From Bryobacterales bacterium (GTDB lineage: Bacteria > Acidobacteriota > Terriglobia > Bryobacterales > UBA6623): 64,000 nt of DNA. Under the pieces are notes generated by a model that was given only the letters and a program-made list of their open reading frames with translations, ran no database searches and was not told the DNA's origin. The position numbers and the translations under genes are program-made. Positions 15,748 through 24,846 of this stretch are shown piece by piece (the stretch's first letter is position 1; the number at the start of each line of letters is the position of its first letter). The DNA is taken from the NCBI GenBank assembly GCA_965247515.1, contig OZ252029.1, positions 6,543,391-6,607,390 of the forward strand, read 5' to 3'.

Positions 15748-18700
15748 GTGGTCCTTGAAGCGTTCGATCCTTTGATTGCGGAGTGGTTTGAGCGGAAGTT
15801 TGGGCGGCCGACCGAGCCCCAGGTCCAGGGTTGGCCGGAGATTCGGTCGGGGGGCGACGTGCTGATCTCGGCGCCGACCGGGTCGGGCAAGACGCTGGCG
15901 GCGTTTCTGATTTGTCTGGATGGGTTGGTGCGGGCGGCGCGCGAAGGGGCGCTGCCGGATGAGGTTCAGGCGGTTTACGTCTCGCCACTGAAGGCGCTGT
16001 CGAACGACATCCACAAGAACCTCGAACGGCCGTTGGCTGAGATTCGGGAGCTAGCCGCTGAGCGCGGGGTCGAGTTGGCGCCGATTCGGACAGCGGTGCG
16101 GACCGGTGATACCCCGGCGTATCAGCGCCAGAAGATGCTCACCAAACCGCCGCACATTTTGGTGACGACGCCGGAGTCGTTGTTCATCCTGCTGACGGCG
16201 AAGAAAAGCCGCGAGGCGCTCAAGACCGCGCGGACGTTGATCGTCGATGAGATCCACGCGGTGGCCGACGACAAGCGCGGATCGCACTTGGCCCTGTCGA
16301 TCGAGCGGCTCACCAATGTCGTCGGAAAGCTACAGCGGGTGGGACTGTCGGCGACGGTGAGCCCGCTCGAAGAAGTTGCGCGGTTTTTGAGTCCGCAAGC
16401 GAAGACGGTTCAAATCGGACATACGCGTCCGATGGAGTTGGGCGTCGAGGTTCCCGGCGATGAGCTGGGTGCGGTGACCACGCAAGGGCAATGGGACGAG
16501 ATTCGCGACCGGCTGGCGGAGTTGATCCTGCGACATCGCACGACGCTGGTTTTCGTGAACACCCGGCGGCTGGCCGAGCGCTTGACCCATGCCTTGGAAG
16601 ACAAGCTCCCCGAGGGTTCGGTGCTGGCCCACCACGGGAGTTTGTCGCGGAAGATCCGGCTCCAAGCCGAAGAGAAGCTCAAGTCGGGTGAGCTGCGGGC
16701 CGTGGTGGCGACCGCTTCGCTCGAGTTGGGGATCGATGTCGGGACGGTCGACCTGACGTGCCAGATTTCGACGCCGCGGTCGATCGCCGTCACGCTGCAG
16801 AGGATTGGGCGGTCGGGTCACTGGGTGGGGGCGCTGCCGCATGGGCGGATCTTCGCCACCTCGCGCGATGATCTCCTCGAGTGTGCGGCCTTGGTGAGGG
16901 CGATCCGCGGCGGGCGGCTCGACCGGCTGGAGATTCCCACGGCGCCGCTTGATGTCTTAGCTCAGCAGATTGTGGCCGAGCTGGCCTGCGAAGACCAGAC
17001 CGAGGACGAGTGCTTTGAGTGGGTGCGGCGGGCCTACCCGTATCGGGCGCTGCCGCGGGAGAAGTTCGACGAAATCATCACCATGCTCGGCGAAGGGATC
17101 GCTACAGCCCGGGGCCGTTCGGGAGCGTACTTGCACCATGACCGGGTGAACCGCCGGCTCAAGGGACGGCGGGGGGCGCGGTTGGCGGCGATAACCTCGG
17201 GCGGTGCGATTCCCGACTCGGCGCAATATCAGGTGATTGCCGAACCCCAGGGCGGAATGGTCGGCATGTTGGATGAGGACTTCGCGATTGAGTCCTCGAT
17301 CGGCGACATCTTCTTGCTGGGGGCGACATCGTGGCGGATTCGGCGGGTCGAGCCCGGGCGGGTGCGAGTGGAAGACGCGCATGGGGCGGCGCCGACGGTG
17401 CCCTTCTGGCTGGGCGAGGCGCCGGGCCGGACCTGGGAGCTTTCGCAAGAAGTGGGACGTTTGCGGCGGGACATTGACACGCTTTCAGATGAAGACGCGA
17501 TTGAAATGTTGACGTCGGAGTGCGCTTTGGACCGGCGCGGGGCCGAGCAGGCGGTGGAGTACGTGAGGGCGACGCGCAAGGCGCTGGGGGCGGTTCCGAC
17601 GGATACGACGGTTGTCGCCGAGCGGTTCTTCGACGAGTCGGGCGGCATGCAGTTGGTGTTGCATTCGCCGTTTGGCGCGCGGGTGAATCGGGCTTGGGGG
17701 CTTTCGCTCAGGAAGCGGTTTTGCCGGTCGTTCAACCTCGAGCTACAGGCGGCGGCGAATGACAACGGGGTCAATATTTCTCTGACCGAGCAGCACGCGT
17801 TTCCGTTGGAGTTGGTGTTTGAGTTCCTTTCGCCTGAGACGCTCGAACACACCTTGACGCAGGCGCTGCTCGATGCGCCGATGTTTACGACGCGCTGGCG
17901 TTGGAATGTCTCGCGGTCGCTGGCGGTGCCGCGGTTCAGTGGCGGGAGGAAGACGCCGCCGCCGATCCAGCGCATGCGGGCGGAAGACCTGCTGGCGTCG
18001 GTCTTCCCGGATCAGGCGGCTTGCGCGGAGAATCTGGCGGGCGAGATTCGGGTGCCGGATCATCCGCTGGTCGCCGAGACGGTCGACAACTGCCTGCGCG
18101 AGGCGATGGATTTGGACCGATTGACGGGCATCATCGGACAGATTCGGTCGGGGGAGATTGAGTCTGTCGCGGTGGATACGCCAGAACCTTCGCCGTTTTC
18201 GCACGAGTTGCTTAACGCGAATCCCTGGGCGTTTCTCGATGATGCGCCGTTGGAGGAGAGACGGGCGCGGGCGGTCCAGATGCGGCAGACGTTGTCCGAT
18301 GTCGACGCCGGGCTTGGGGCGTTGTCGGCGGAGGCGATTGCGCAGGTCGGCGAGGATATTTGGCCGGTTGCGCGGGATGAGGATGAGCTGCACGACGCGC
18401 TGTTGACGTTAACGGTGATGCCGCCGGCCCCGGAGTGGGAGGAGCTGTTTGGGGCTCTGGTCGAGACCCGGCGTGCCGCGCTTTTGGATAACGGGCTTTG
18501 GGTTGCGGCGGAGCGGTTGGCGCTGGCGCGGCGGGTCTACCCAGGCTGCAAGTGTTCGATCAAGGCGCTTGAACCGCCCACACCGTTGCCGGATTCACGG
18601 GACGCCTGCGTGGCGGAGGTGCTGCGGGGTTGGCTGGATTCGACGGGACCGGCGACCGCCGCGGCGATCGCTGACCGCCTCATGCTTCCGCCGCCGGCGG

Positions 18701-19905
18701 TGGCGCTGGCGCAGCTGGAGTCGGAAGGCCAGGCGATGCAGGGGCGCTATTCGCCCGACTTGCCTGAGGGCGAAATCGAGTGGTGCAGCCGGCGGGTGTT
18801 GGCGCGGATCCATCGGCTGACGCTGCGTCGGTTGCGGCGCGAGATCGAGCCGGTCACGAGTGCGGACTTCATGCGGTTCGCCCTGCGATGGCAGCACGTC
18901 ACGCCGGGCGGGCGCTTGCACGGGGCGGACGGGACCTTGCAGATTCTCAAGCAGTTGCAGGGGTATGAGGCTCCGGCGGCGGCGTGGGAGGCTCACATTT
19001 TGCCGGCTCGGGTGAAGGGGTACGTCCCTGGCTACTTGGATGAGCTTTGCCTTTCCGGCGAGGTGATGTGGGGCCGGTTGTCGCCGCATCCGGCGCTGGA
19101 GGATGCGCCCGGAGAGCGCGGTGGACGGCGGGTTCGGCCGACACGGGCGGCGCCGCTGTCGGTGTTCTTGCGGGAAGAGGCGCCGGCTTTGATTCCGGTG
19201 AGGCCCCCGATGGCGGGGGAGTTGAGTCATCCTGCGCGGGAGCTGTTTGAGGCGCTGCAGACGCGCGGGGCGTCGTTCTTTGCGGAGCTCTCGGCGGCGA
19301 CGGGGCGTTTGGCGAGTGAGGTCGAGGAAGGGCTTTGGGAGCTCGTCGCGGCAGGTCTGGTGACGGCGGATGGGTTTGACAACTTGCGGTCGTTGATCGA
19401 TCCCAAGCGGCGGGCCGGCCAAGGTCGGGGAAGGCTGGCGCGTCCGCGGCATGCTGGGGGGCGTTGGGCGTTGCTTGCCCGCGGCGGCGAAGTTCGCGAC
19501 ATGGAGGCGTTCGCGCGCCAGTTGCTGGCGCGTTGGGGGGTGGTCTTTCGGGATCTGATGAAGCGAGAATCGTTGGCGCCTGCCTGGCGGGATATGCTGG
19601 TCGTGCTGCGGCGGATGGAGGCCCGAGGGGAGGTTCGCGGCGGGAGATTCGTGGCGGCGTTTCTTGGCGAGCAGTTTGCATTGCCCGAGGCGCTGGATTT
19701 GATGCGGGCGGTGCGGCGGTCCGAGCCCGGTGGAGAGGAGCTGCGGCTCAGCGCGGCGGATCCCTTGAACTTGGCGGGGTTTGTTTTGCCGGGTCCGCGC
19801 GTGCCCCAGGGGAGCGGGCGGGAGTTGCGGCTGCGGGACGGGGTGATGGCGGAGGATCCGGACCGAATAAGGACTTCGCTTGCTGGGCTGTCCGCGGCGT
19901 CTTAG
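15748..19905 (+). CDS. lhr: Lhr-family large ATP-dependent DEXH-box helicase
   Basis: 1385 aa, GTG start. ISAPTGSGKTLAAFL (motif I), LIVDEIHAVADDKRGSHLAL (DEIH), VGLSATV, LVFVNTRRLAE, HHGSLS, ATASLELGIDVG, QRIGRSGH. The long C-terminal extension is typical of Lhr. Confidence 0.85.
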   Translation: MVLEAFDPLIAEWFERKFGRPTEPQVQGWPEIRSGGDVLISAPTGSGKTLAAFLICLDGLVRAAREGALPDEVQAVYVSPLKALSNDIHKNLERPLAEIRELAAERGVELAPIRTAVRTGDTPAYQRQKMLTKPPHILVTTPESLFILLTAKKSREALKTARTLIVDEIHAVADDKRGSHLALSIERLTNVVGKLQRVGLSATVSPLEEVARFLSPQAKTVQIGHTRPMELGVEVPGDELGAVTTQGQWDEIRDRLAELILRHRTTLVFVNTRRLAERLTHALEDKLPEGSVLAHHGSLSRKIRLQAEEKLKSGELRAVVATASLELGIDVGTVDLTCQISTPRSIAVTLQRIGRSGHWVGALPHGRIFATSRDDLLECAALVRAIRGGRLDRLEIPTAPLDVLAQQIVAELACEDQTEDECFEWVRRAYPYRALPREKFDEIITMLGEGIATARGRSGAYLHHDRVNRRLKGRRGARLAAITSGGAIPDSAQYQVIAEPQGGMVGMLDEDFAIESSIGDIFLLGATSWRIRRVEPGRVRVEDAHGAAPTVPFWLGEAPGRTWELSQEVGRLRRDIDTLSDEDAIEMLTSECALDRRGAEQAVEYVRATRKALGAVPTDTTVVAERFFDESGGMQLVLHSPFGARVNRAWGLSLRKRFCRSFNLELQAAANDNGVNISLTEQHAFPLELVFEFLSPETLEHTLTQALLDAPMFTTRWRWNVSRSLAVPRFSGGRKTPPPIQRMRAEDLLASVFPDQAACAENLAGEIRVPDHPLVAETVDNCLREAMDLDRLTGIIGQIRSGEIESVAVDTPEPSPFSHELLNANPWAFLDDAPLEERRARAVQMRQTLSDVDAGLGALSAEAIAQVGEDIWPVARDEDELHDALLTLTVMPPAPEWEELFGALVETRRAALLDNGLWVAAERLALARRVYPGCKCSIKALEPPTPLPDSRDACVAEVLRGWLDSTGPATAAAIADRLMLPPPAVALAQLESEGQAMQGRYSPDLPEGEIEWCSRRVLARIHRLTLRRLRREIEPVTSADFMRFALRWQHVTPGGRLHGADGTLQILKQLQGYEAPAAAWEAHILPARVKGYVPGYLDELCLSGEVMWGRLSPHPALEDAPGERGGRRVRPTRAAPLSVFLREEAPALIPVRPPMAGELSHPARELFEALQTRGASFFAELSAATGRLASEVEEGLWELVAAGLVTADGFDNLRSLIDPKRRAGQGRGRLARPRHAGGRWALLARGGEVRDMEAFARQLLARWGVVFRDLMKRESLAPAWRDMLVVLRRMEARGEVRGGRFVAAFLGEQFALPEALDLMRAVRRSEPGGEELRLSAADPLNLAGFVLPGPRVPQGSGRELRLRDGVMAEDPDRIRTSLAGLSAAS

Positions 19906-19938
19906 GAGCGTGATACCATTATGCATACGGAGGTGCAT

Positions 19939-20184
19939 ATGGAGCTATCGAAGAAAACAACAATCCTCCTATCCCCTGCACAGCACTCGCACCTTTCGCG
20001 GATCGCGAAGCGGCGGCGTGTGAGCTTGGGTGAAGTGATTCGCGAAGCCTGCACAGAGCGCTACGGATCGCTGGACGTGGAGAAACGTTTGGCGGCCGTA
20101 AAGGTTTTGTCGGAGCTCAACTTGCCGGTGAGCGACCCCGCAACGATGAAGGAAGAATCCACCGCGCCGCCCAGAGAACTGTGA
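19939..20184 (+). CDS. vapB: Ribbon-helix-helix antitoxin (VapB-like)
   Basis: MELSKKTTILLSPAQHSHLSRIAKRRRVSLGEVIREA is an RHH pattern. GGAGG lies 6 nt before ATG 19939. The gene overlaps the PIN gene start by 4 nt. Confidence 0.7.
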   Translation: MELSKKTTILLSPAQHSHLSRIAKRRRVSLGEVIREACTERYGSLDVEKRLAAVKVLSELNLPVSDPATMKEESTAPPREL

Positions 20185-20603
20185 TCCTTGTCGACGCGAA
20201 CATCTTCATGTACGCCGCCGGCGGCGACGACCCGCACAGGGCCCCCAGCATCGAGTTGCTGGAAGCAGTAGCCAGACATCGGATCGAAGCTGCGATTGAC
20301 GCTGAAACCCTTCAGGAGATCTTGCATCGCTATATCGCGATCGGCAGGTGGCCAGAGGGGCGGATCGTTTACGACCAGGCGAGGGAGCTCATGCCCGTAG
20401 TGGTTCCGATCACCGCGACGGTGATGGACCTGGCGCGGGCGATCGTCGATTCGAAGTTGAATCTCAGGGCCCGGGACGCGATCCACGCCGCGGTCTATCA
20501 GCTTGAGGAAGCGGAATGCGTCTGCAGCTATGACAGGGACTTTGATCGGGTCCCAGCCCTCAAGCGCCGAGAGCCCGAGCAACTATTGGCGCGGCTAAGT
20601 TAG
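20181..20603 (+). CDS. vapC: PIN-domain toxin VapC
   Basis: GTG start overlaps the antitoxin stop. ILVDANIFMYAAG...(D)...ETLQEILHRY...RDAIHAA...SYDRDFDR carries the acidic PIN residues. Confidence 0.85.
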   Translation: MILVDANIFMYAAGGDDPHRAPSIELLEAVARHRIEAAIDAETLQEILHRYIAIGRWPEGRIVYDQARELMPVVVPITATVMDLARAIVDSKLNLRARDAIHAAVYQLEEAECVCSYDRDFDRVPALKRREPEQLLARLS

Positions 20604-20638
20604 TCGGCCCGGCATTGTGGCGCTACAATCAGCCTCAG

Positions 20639-20824
20639 ATGACGTACAAGGTTGCGCTTCGAAAGACCGAGGAAGGGTACAGCGTGTCGTGCCCGGGATT
20701 GCCCGGTTGTTGGTCGCAGGGCGCCAGCGAATCGGAGGCCATCGAGAACATTCGCATCGCGATCAAGGAGTACCTCGAAGTCCTCGCCGAGCGGATGGCG
20801 CACTCCGGCTCCGCGAAGTCGTAG
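20639..20824 (+). CDS. HicB-like antitoxin (UPF0150 family), with no adjacent HicA
   Basis: MTYKVALRKTEEGYSVSCPGLPGCWSQGASESEAIENIRIAIKEYLEVL is the canonical HicB N-terminal domain pattern. Confidence 0.8.
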   Translation: MTYKVALRKTEEGYSVSCPGLPGCWSQGASESEAIENIRIAIKEYLEVLAERMAHSGSAKS

Positions 20825-20828
20825 CAAT

Positions 20829-20921
20829 CTATCGCCGGTAGTGATAGCGGGCCTGCACGAAGTCAATCCGGTCGTCCCAGACCTTGTAGATGCTAGCCCA
20901 GCCGGTCTGAGGATCTTGCTC
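20829..20921 (-). pseudogene. Possible C-terminal remnant of a RelE/ParE-type toxin
   Basis: Minus-strand frame reads ...QTGWASIYKVWDDRIDFVQARYHYRR*, resembling toxin C-termini (.RIIY.V.DD.I.I..V.H...). An upstream in-frame stop limits it to about 30 codons. Confidence 0.2.
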
Positions 20922-20949
20922 TCAGACTTGATCACAGACGGTTCTCGTC

Positions 20950-21189
20950 GTGAGCCGTGAGCCGCAAACCGTGAGCCGTAGCACCCGCGGCGCCCGTCGT
21001 CGAAAGACGATTGACCGCCGACCGCTGAGCTGACCCAACGCGACAGAGCCCCTGACCTGAGCCGCGACCGGCAGGGAGCGTTTCCGATCGGAGGCCGCCC
21101 TACGAAAGTCTGGACCATGAGCCAGAACCGCGACCTCACCCGCTCAGGCCGGCTCACGGCTTAGCGCAGCGGACGGTTCACGGCTCACG
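20950..21189. repeat. About 240-bp region bounded by inverted GTGAGCCG-type repeat blocks
   Basis: Left block GTGAGCCGTGAGCCGCAAACCGTGAGCCG (20950-20978). Right block CGGCTCACGGCTTAGCGCAGCGGACGGTTCACGGCTCACG (21150-21189). The 18-mer GCTTAGCGCAGCGGACGG (21159-21176) is the reverse complement of 2751-2768. Confidence 0.6.
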
Positions 21190-21255
21190 AAATCGCCGAC
21201 GCCCCTACCCAAATTTCAGATATCTTTGGCTAGGCTTAGACAATTAGATCTGAAT

Positions 21256-21348
21256 GCGGAACCCGCTCTTTTGCATACATACAGAATGTTACAGAATGTA
21301 TGTGAATTTTACATAGATTCTGTATGTATGCAAAAGAGCGGGTTCCGC
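21256..21348. repeat. Perfect 32-bp inverted repeat with a 29-nt AT-rich loop
   Basis: GCGGAACCCGCTCTTTTGCATACATACAGAAT (21256-21287) and its exact reverse complement (21317-21348). Loop is GTTACAGAATGTATGTGAATTTTACATAG. The outer 13 nt GCGGAACCCGCTC recur in other repeats. Confidence 0.9.
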
Positions 21349-21431
21349 AAAACTTAAGCTACAGTCGGCTGTTAAGTGAAGGCGGGGCCTTGTTTTTTGG
21401 CCTTCGCTTTCGGCTCCTTGGGCGGCGGCGG

Positions 21432-21710
21432 CTACGGTCCCACGGGCGTGGCCATATCCGCTTGGACCTCCGGGGCGGTCAGCGCCCGGTTGTAGATTCG
21501 CCAACCTCTGCCGTCTGTGGCCCGGGATTTGTCAACAAGGGCGGCTGGTTCGCTGGCCCTCCTGCTCCGCCTGATGTGACCGCCGTATTGAGATCAGACA
21601 AAATTTCAGACCCGCTTAGCGCGCGATTGTAGATTCGCAGGTCGTCAACCTGGCCGGCAAAGCCGAGAATGAACGAGCCTTGGAAATTAACACGGACGTG
21701 GGTCGCTTAC
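21432..21710 (-). pseudogene. Frameshifted C-terminal remnant of a LamG/ConA-like domain protein
   Basis: One frame reads ...GFAGQVDDLRIYNRALSGSEILSDLNTAV.... A second frame reads ...GWRIYNRALTAPEVQADMATPVGP*. These are two copies of the LamG-type (V/L)RIYNRAL(S/T)..E motif. A stop codon lies immediately upstream of the first piece. Confidence 0.5.
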
Positions 21711-21764
21711 ACCCGCCGCGTGACGCCCAAGCAAGCTCCCAACCCGGCGCCGCCGGCGCCGGGC

Positions 21765-24334
21765 TCAATCAGGCAAGAGCTGGTCGAGCTCCTCCACCCA
21801 ATTGACGATCACGTGGATCTTGTTGGCGGGCGAGGTTTCCCCGCGCTCGATCATCAGAAAGCGCCGGCCGCTGGGATCGACGTCGTATTGACTTAACAGA
21901 GGGTTATCGAACAGCTCCCGGGGCGTCCCGACTTTGAGCGGCGGCCCGGGGTCGATGGTCGCCGCCATCATCTTGGAGCCGTCGAGGTAGAACAGCTCGC
22001 GCCCATCTCCCGACCAGCGCGGACGCTCTCCGCCGCCGAATGAGACGGGTTGACGCCCGCCTCCTTCGGGAAACCGTTGTACGTAGACCGCGCTGTCGTC
22101 CGACTCGTCGGTAACGAAGGCCAGCCAGCGGCCGTTAGGCGAAATCTGAGCTTGTATCTCGTTCTGCGCGGAATCGAGCAGCGGGCGCGGCTCTCCGCCC
22201 AGAGGCAGCACCCAGGTGTCGTTTTCGGTATCCGGGCTCCGCTTCTGATACAGGAGGTTCTCACCGTCGGGTGACCAGCTGCGCGGGAACACTCGTGCGT
22301 CGGACTCGAGTAAGACCTCGACGGGCCTGCTAGCGTCAGAGATACGCTGCTCGATGCGCTCGGGATAGTTGGACTGGAACGCCACGCGCCGCGAGTCCCA
22401 AGACCAAACCGGAGACCGATGAACCGCCTCATGGGTCAAGCGGGTGCGCCGGGTTGTTTCGAGGTCGTAGACCCAGATGTCTCGGTCGTGGGCCGAGCTG
22501 ATCTGGACCGCCGCCCGCCTGCCGTTGGGCGATATGTCGATCCACCCGTATTCGGCGCGATCGTCGATCAACGGCTGAACCGCCCCCTCTCGGTCGACCC
22601 AGACGAGTCGGTCCCCACTCAGCTCGCCGGATATATAGGCCAGCGTGCCGGACTCCGACACGGCGAAATTTCCGTTGCCGAAGTAGCCCCCCGCTCGTAG
22701 TAAGCCATCGAGCGCCGGCAGGGGGGAGCCCACTAGCCGCCCTTTGCTGAAATCGAAGCGTGCGGCCATCAAGCCGTCTAGCTCGCCGAAGATTAGAAAC
22801 CCTCTCTCGAGCAACGTGGCGTTGCGGCCATCGACCGCGCGATGCAGAGTTCGCCGCTCGCCTCCTTCGAGCGTGACGGCGCTGCACACGACACCGTCAC
22901 CTTCGTATGTCCTGATCGCGACGAATAGCTCCTTTCCGCCGGGAAGCCGCCGCGGCGCCCCGGGGTAGCCCTCGCCTAGATCGGGCTCGGCATTCATCAA
23001 GATCTCAGGCGCGCCGCCCCCCAGCGATGTACGACTGATGCTTAGGTCGCCTACGAAGCCGAGCTTGTAGAGGATCTCGTCGTCCCTCCAGTGCGCCTCC
23101 ATAAGAGGGCCGTCCAACTCGAACATCTTCTGGGGGGATCCGCCCAGGACGGACGCTTTCCAAACCGCCCCTCTGGCCTGAAAGCCGACCCACTGGCCGT
23201 CCGGCGAAAAGAACACAGCCCCCGAGTTCTCCGAGCTGGGAACGGTGACGGCTTCGAAGGCGTCGATCGGGCGCAGATAGAGACGTGGCGGGCCCTCGGG
23301 CCCTCGGGCCAGATAGGCCAAAGTCGTGCCGTCGGGCGAAATGTCCAGCTGGCTGCGAAGCTCGTGGCCCTCGGGCAGTGGGATGATGAGGCGCTGCACC
23401 CCCGGCGTCGACGGAGCGCGATTAAAGAAGCTCCAACAAGCCAGGGCGGCGCAGGCGGCTGCGATCGCCCAGGGGACGAACCGCTTGGCCTCGACGGGCT
23501 TCGGCGACGGCTTGGGCTGCGCGGCCCCCTTGTCGAGCCGCCGCAGGTCGACAAGCATTTCATCGACGTGCTGATAGCGCTCCTCGGGCTCCTTCGCCAG
23601 CGCCTTGTCGAGGACCCGGTCGAGCGCTGGCGGCAACCCCGAGCGCCGCGCCGTCACCGGCTCGGGGTCTTCGTTCAAGATGCCGTAGGCGATCGCCTGC
23701 TCGTATTCCGCTTCGAACGGCGTGTGTTGGGTGAGCATCTCATAGCAAACGCACCCCAGCGCCCAGATGTCGGCACGGCGGTCGGCCTGCTTGCCTTCGA
23801 GCTGCTCCGGCTCCATGTAGGCCGGGGTCCCCAGCATGGTCCCGCTCTTGGTCAGCTTCGAGCGGCCCGCCAGCGACGCTAGCCCGAAATCCATGATCTT
23901 CACCTGCCCCTTGGCGGTGAGCATGATGTTCTGGGGCTTGATATCGCGGTGGACGATGCCTTTCTCGTGGGCTTCCAGCAAGCCCTCGCCGATCTGGCAA
24001 GCGATGTCGAGCGCCTCATCGAGCGGCAGTGGGCGTTCTTTGACTTTTTCCGCCAGCGACGGCCCGTCGACGTAGGCCATCGCGATGAAGGTCCGCCCCT
24101 GTTCCTCGTGAATGCCGAAGACCTGGCAGATATGTTGTGGTCGAGGGAGGCTGAAGCCTGCGCCTCGCGAATCAACCGAGCTTTGGTCTCACTATCCCCG
24201 ACGGTCTCGGACGAAAGGAATTTGAGGGCGACCGTGCGGCGGAGCTGGGTGTCCTCGGCTTTGAACACCTCGCCCATGCCGCCCGATCCCAGCTTTTCGA
24301 GGATCTTGTAATGGCTGATCGTACGCTCCACCAA
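21765..24334 (-). pseudogene. Ser/Thr protein kinase fused to a TolB/PD40-type beta-propeller; split by one frameshift near 24131-24140
   Basis: The N-lobe (ISHYKILEKLGSGGMGEVFKAEDTQLRRTVALKFL...REAQASASLDH) is in the frame starting at 24334. The rest (ICQVFGIHEEQGRTFIAMAYVDG...HRDIKPQNIML...DFGLA...TPAYMEPEQ, a TM segment, then PD40 repeats) is in the 21765-24080 frame. A single-base indel in GACCACAACATATCTGCCAG joins them. Confidence 0.85.
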
Positions 24335-24444
24335 GATGTCTGAATTCTAGCGCTATTTGTTCTCGACGACACTGTCCGGAAGACGGGCCGGAAGACGGGC
24401 TGGCCCCCACGGACCGTCTACTCACGAGCGCAAATCAGTTCGAC

Positions 24445-24636
24445 GTGGTCTGGAACGGACGAGTTCAGCAGGAGACGTTCCGAGGAGTTGCGCCGGGGCA
24501 GAGTTGCACCTTGGGCCAGTACAACGGAGTTGCGAATACCGGGGCGCCGGCCGGCGGTTCACCCTTCAACGGCCCGATCTTCGCCGATGGGTTCGAATCC
24601 GGTGATACGACGGCATGGTCGTCGACGGTTCCATGA
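24445..24636 (+). other. Short ORF, possibly the orphan C-terminal piece of a secreted protein (…IFADGFESGDTTAWSSTVP*)
   Basis: The DGFESGD..W motif is common in secreted proteins of soil bacteria. No credible N-terminus or signal peptide is present. Confidence 0.25.
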
Positions 24637-24846
24637 TTAGACTTCTCCCTTCAGCATGAGTTGGACGAGTTAGCCGCCGGCCGCGACGAGGAGGGTGTGC
24701 GACATAAATGTGAGCGAAAGGCGTAACTGCAATGGATAAACGCTTGTCCGAGCGTACACCTACGTGGGGCGCGGGCGCAGGCCATCCGAAACAATCATAG
24801 CCCCGGGATTCATCCCGGGGAAACCGAGGGTATAGCCCAGGGCAGA

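Noticed and set aside
18595-19938. 447-aa ORF antisense to lhr; similar long ORFs at 48893-50035, 56203-57399, 43098-44150, 52924-53850, 53801-54637, 24973-25782 and 17229-17975
   Set aside because: They are Arg/Pro/Gly-rich and stop-free because of high GC content. They lie antisense or out of frame to genes with clear family motifs, and they carry no motifs of their own.
20600-21157. 185-aa minus-strand ORF across the post-hicB gap
   Set aside because: It spans the GTGAGCCG repeat blocks with low-complexity translation and no start context. Only the last ~30 codons, in a different frame, resemble anything (the toxin remnant).
24586-24602. tRNA-like T-loop consensus GGTTCGAATCC
   Set aside because: No complementary T-stem, acceptor stem or anticodon arm can be drawn around it. 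The motif is simply the coding sequence of DGFESGD (GAT GGG TTC GAA TCC GGT GAT).
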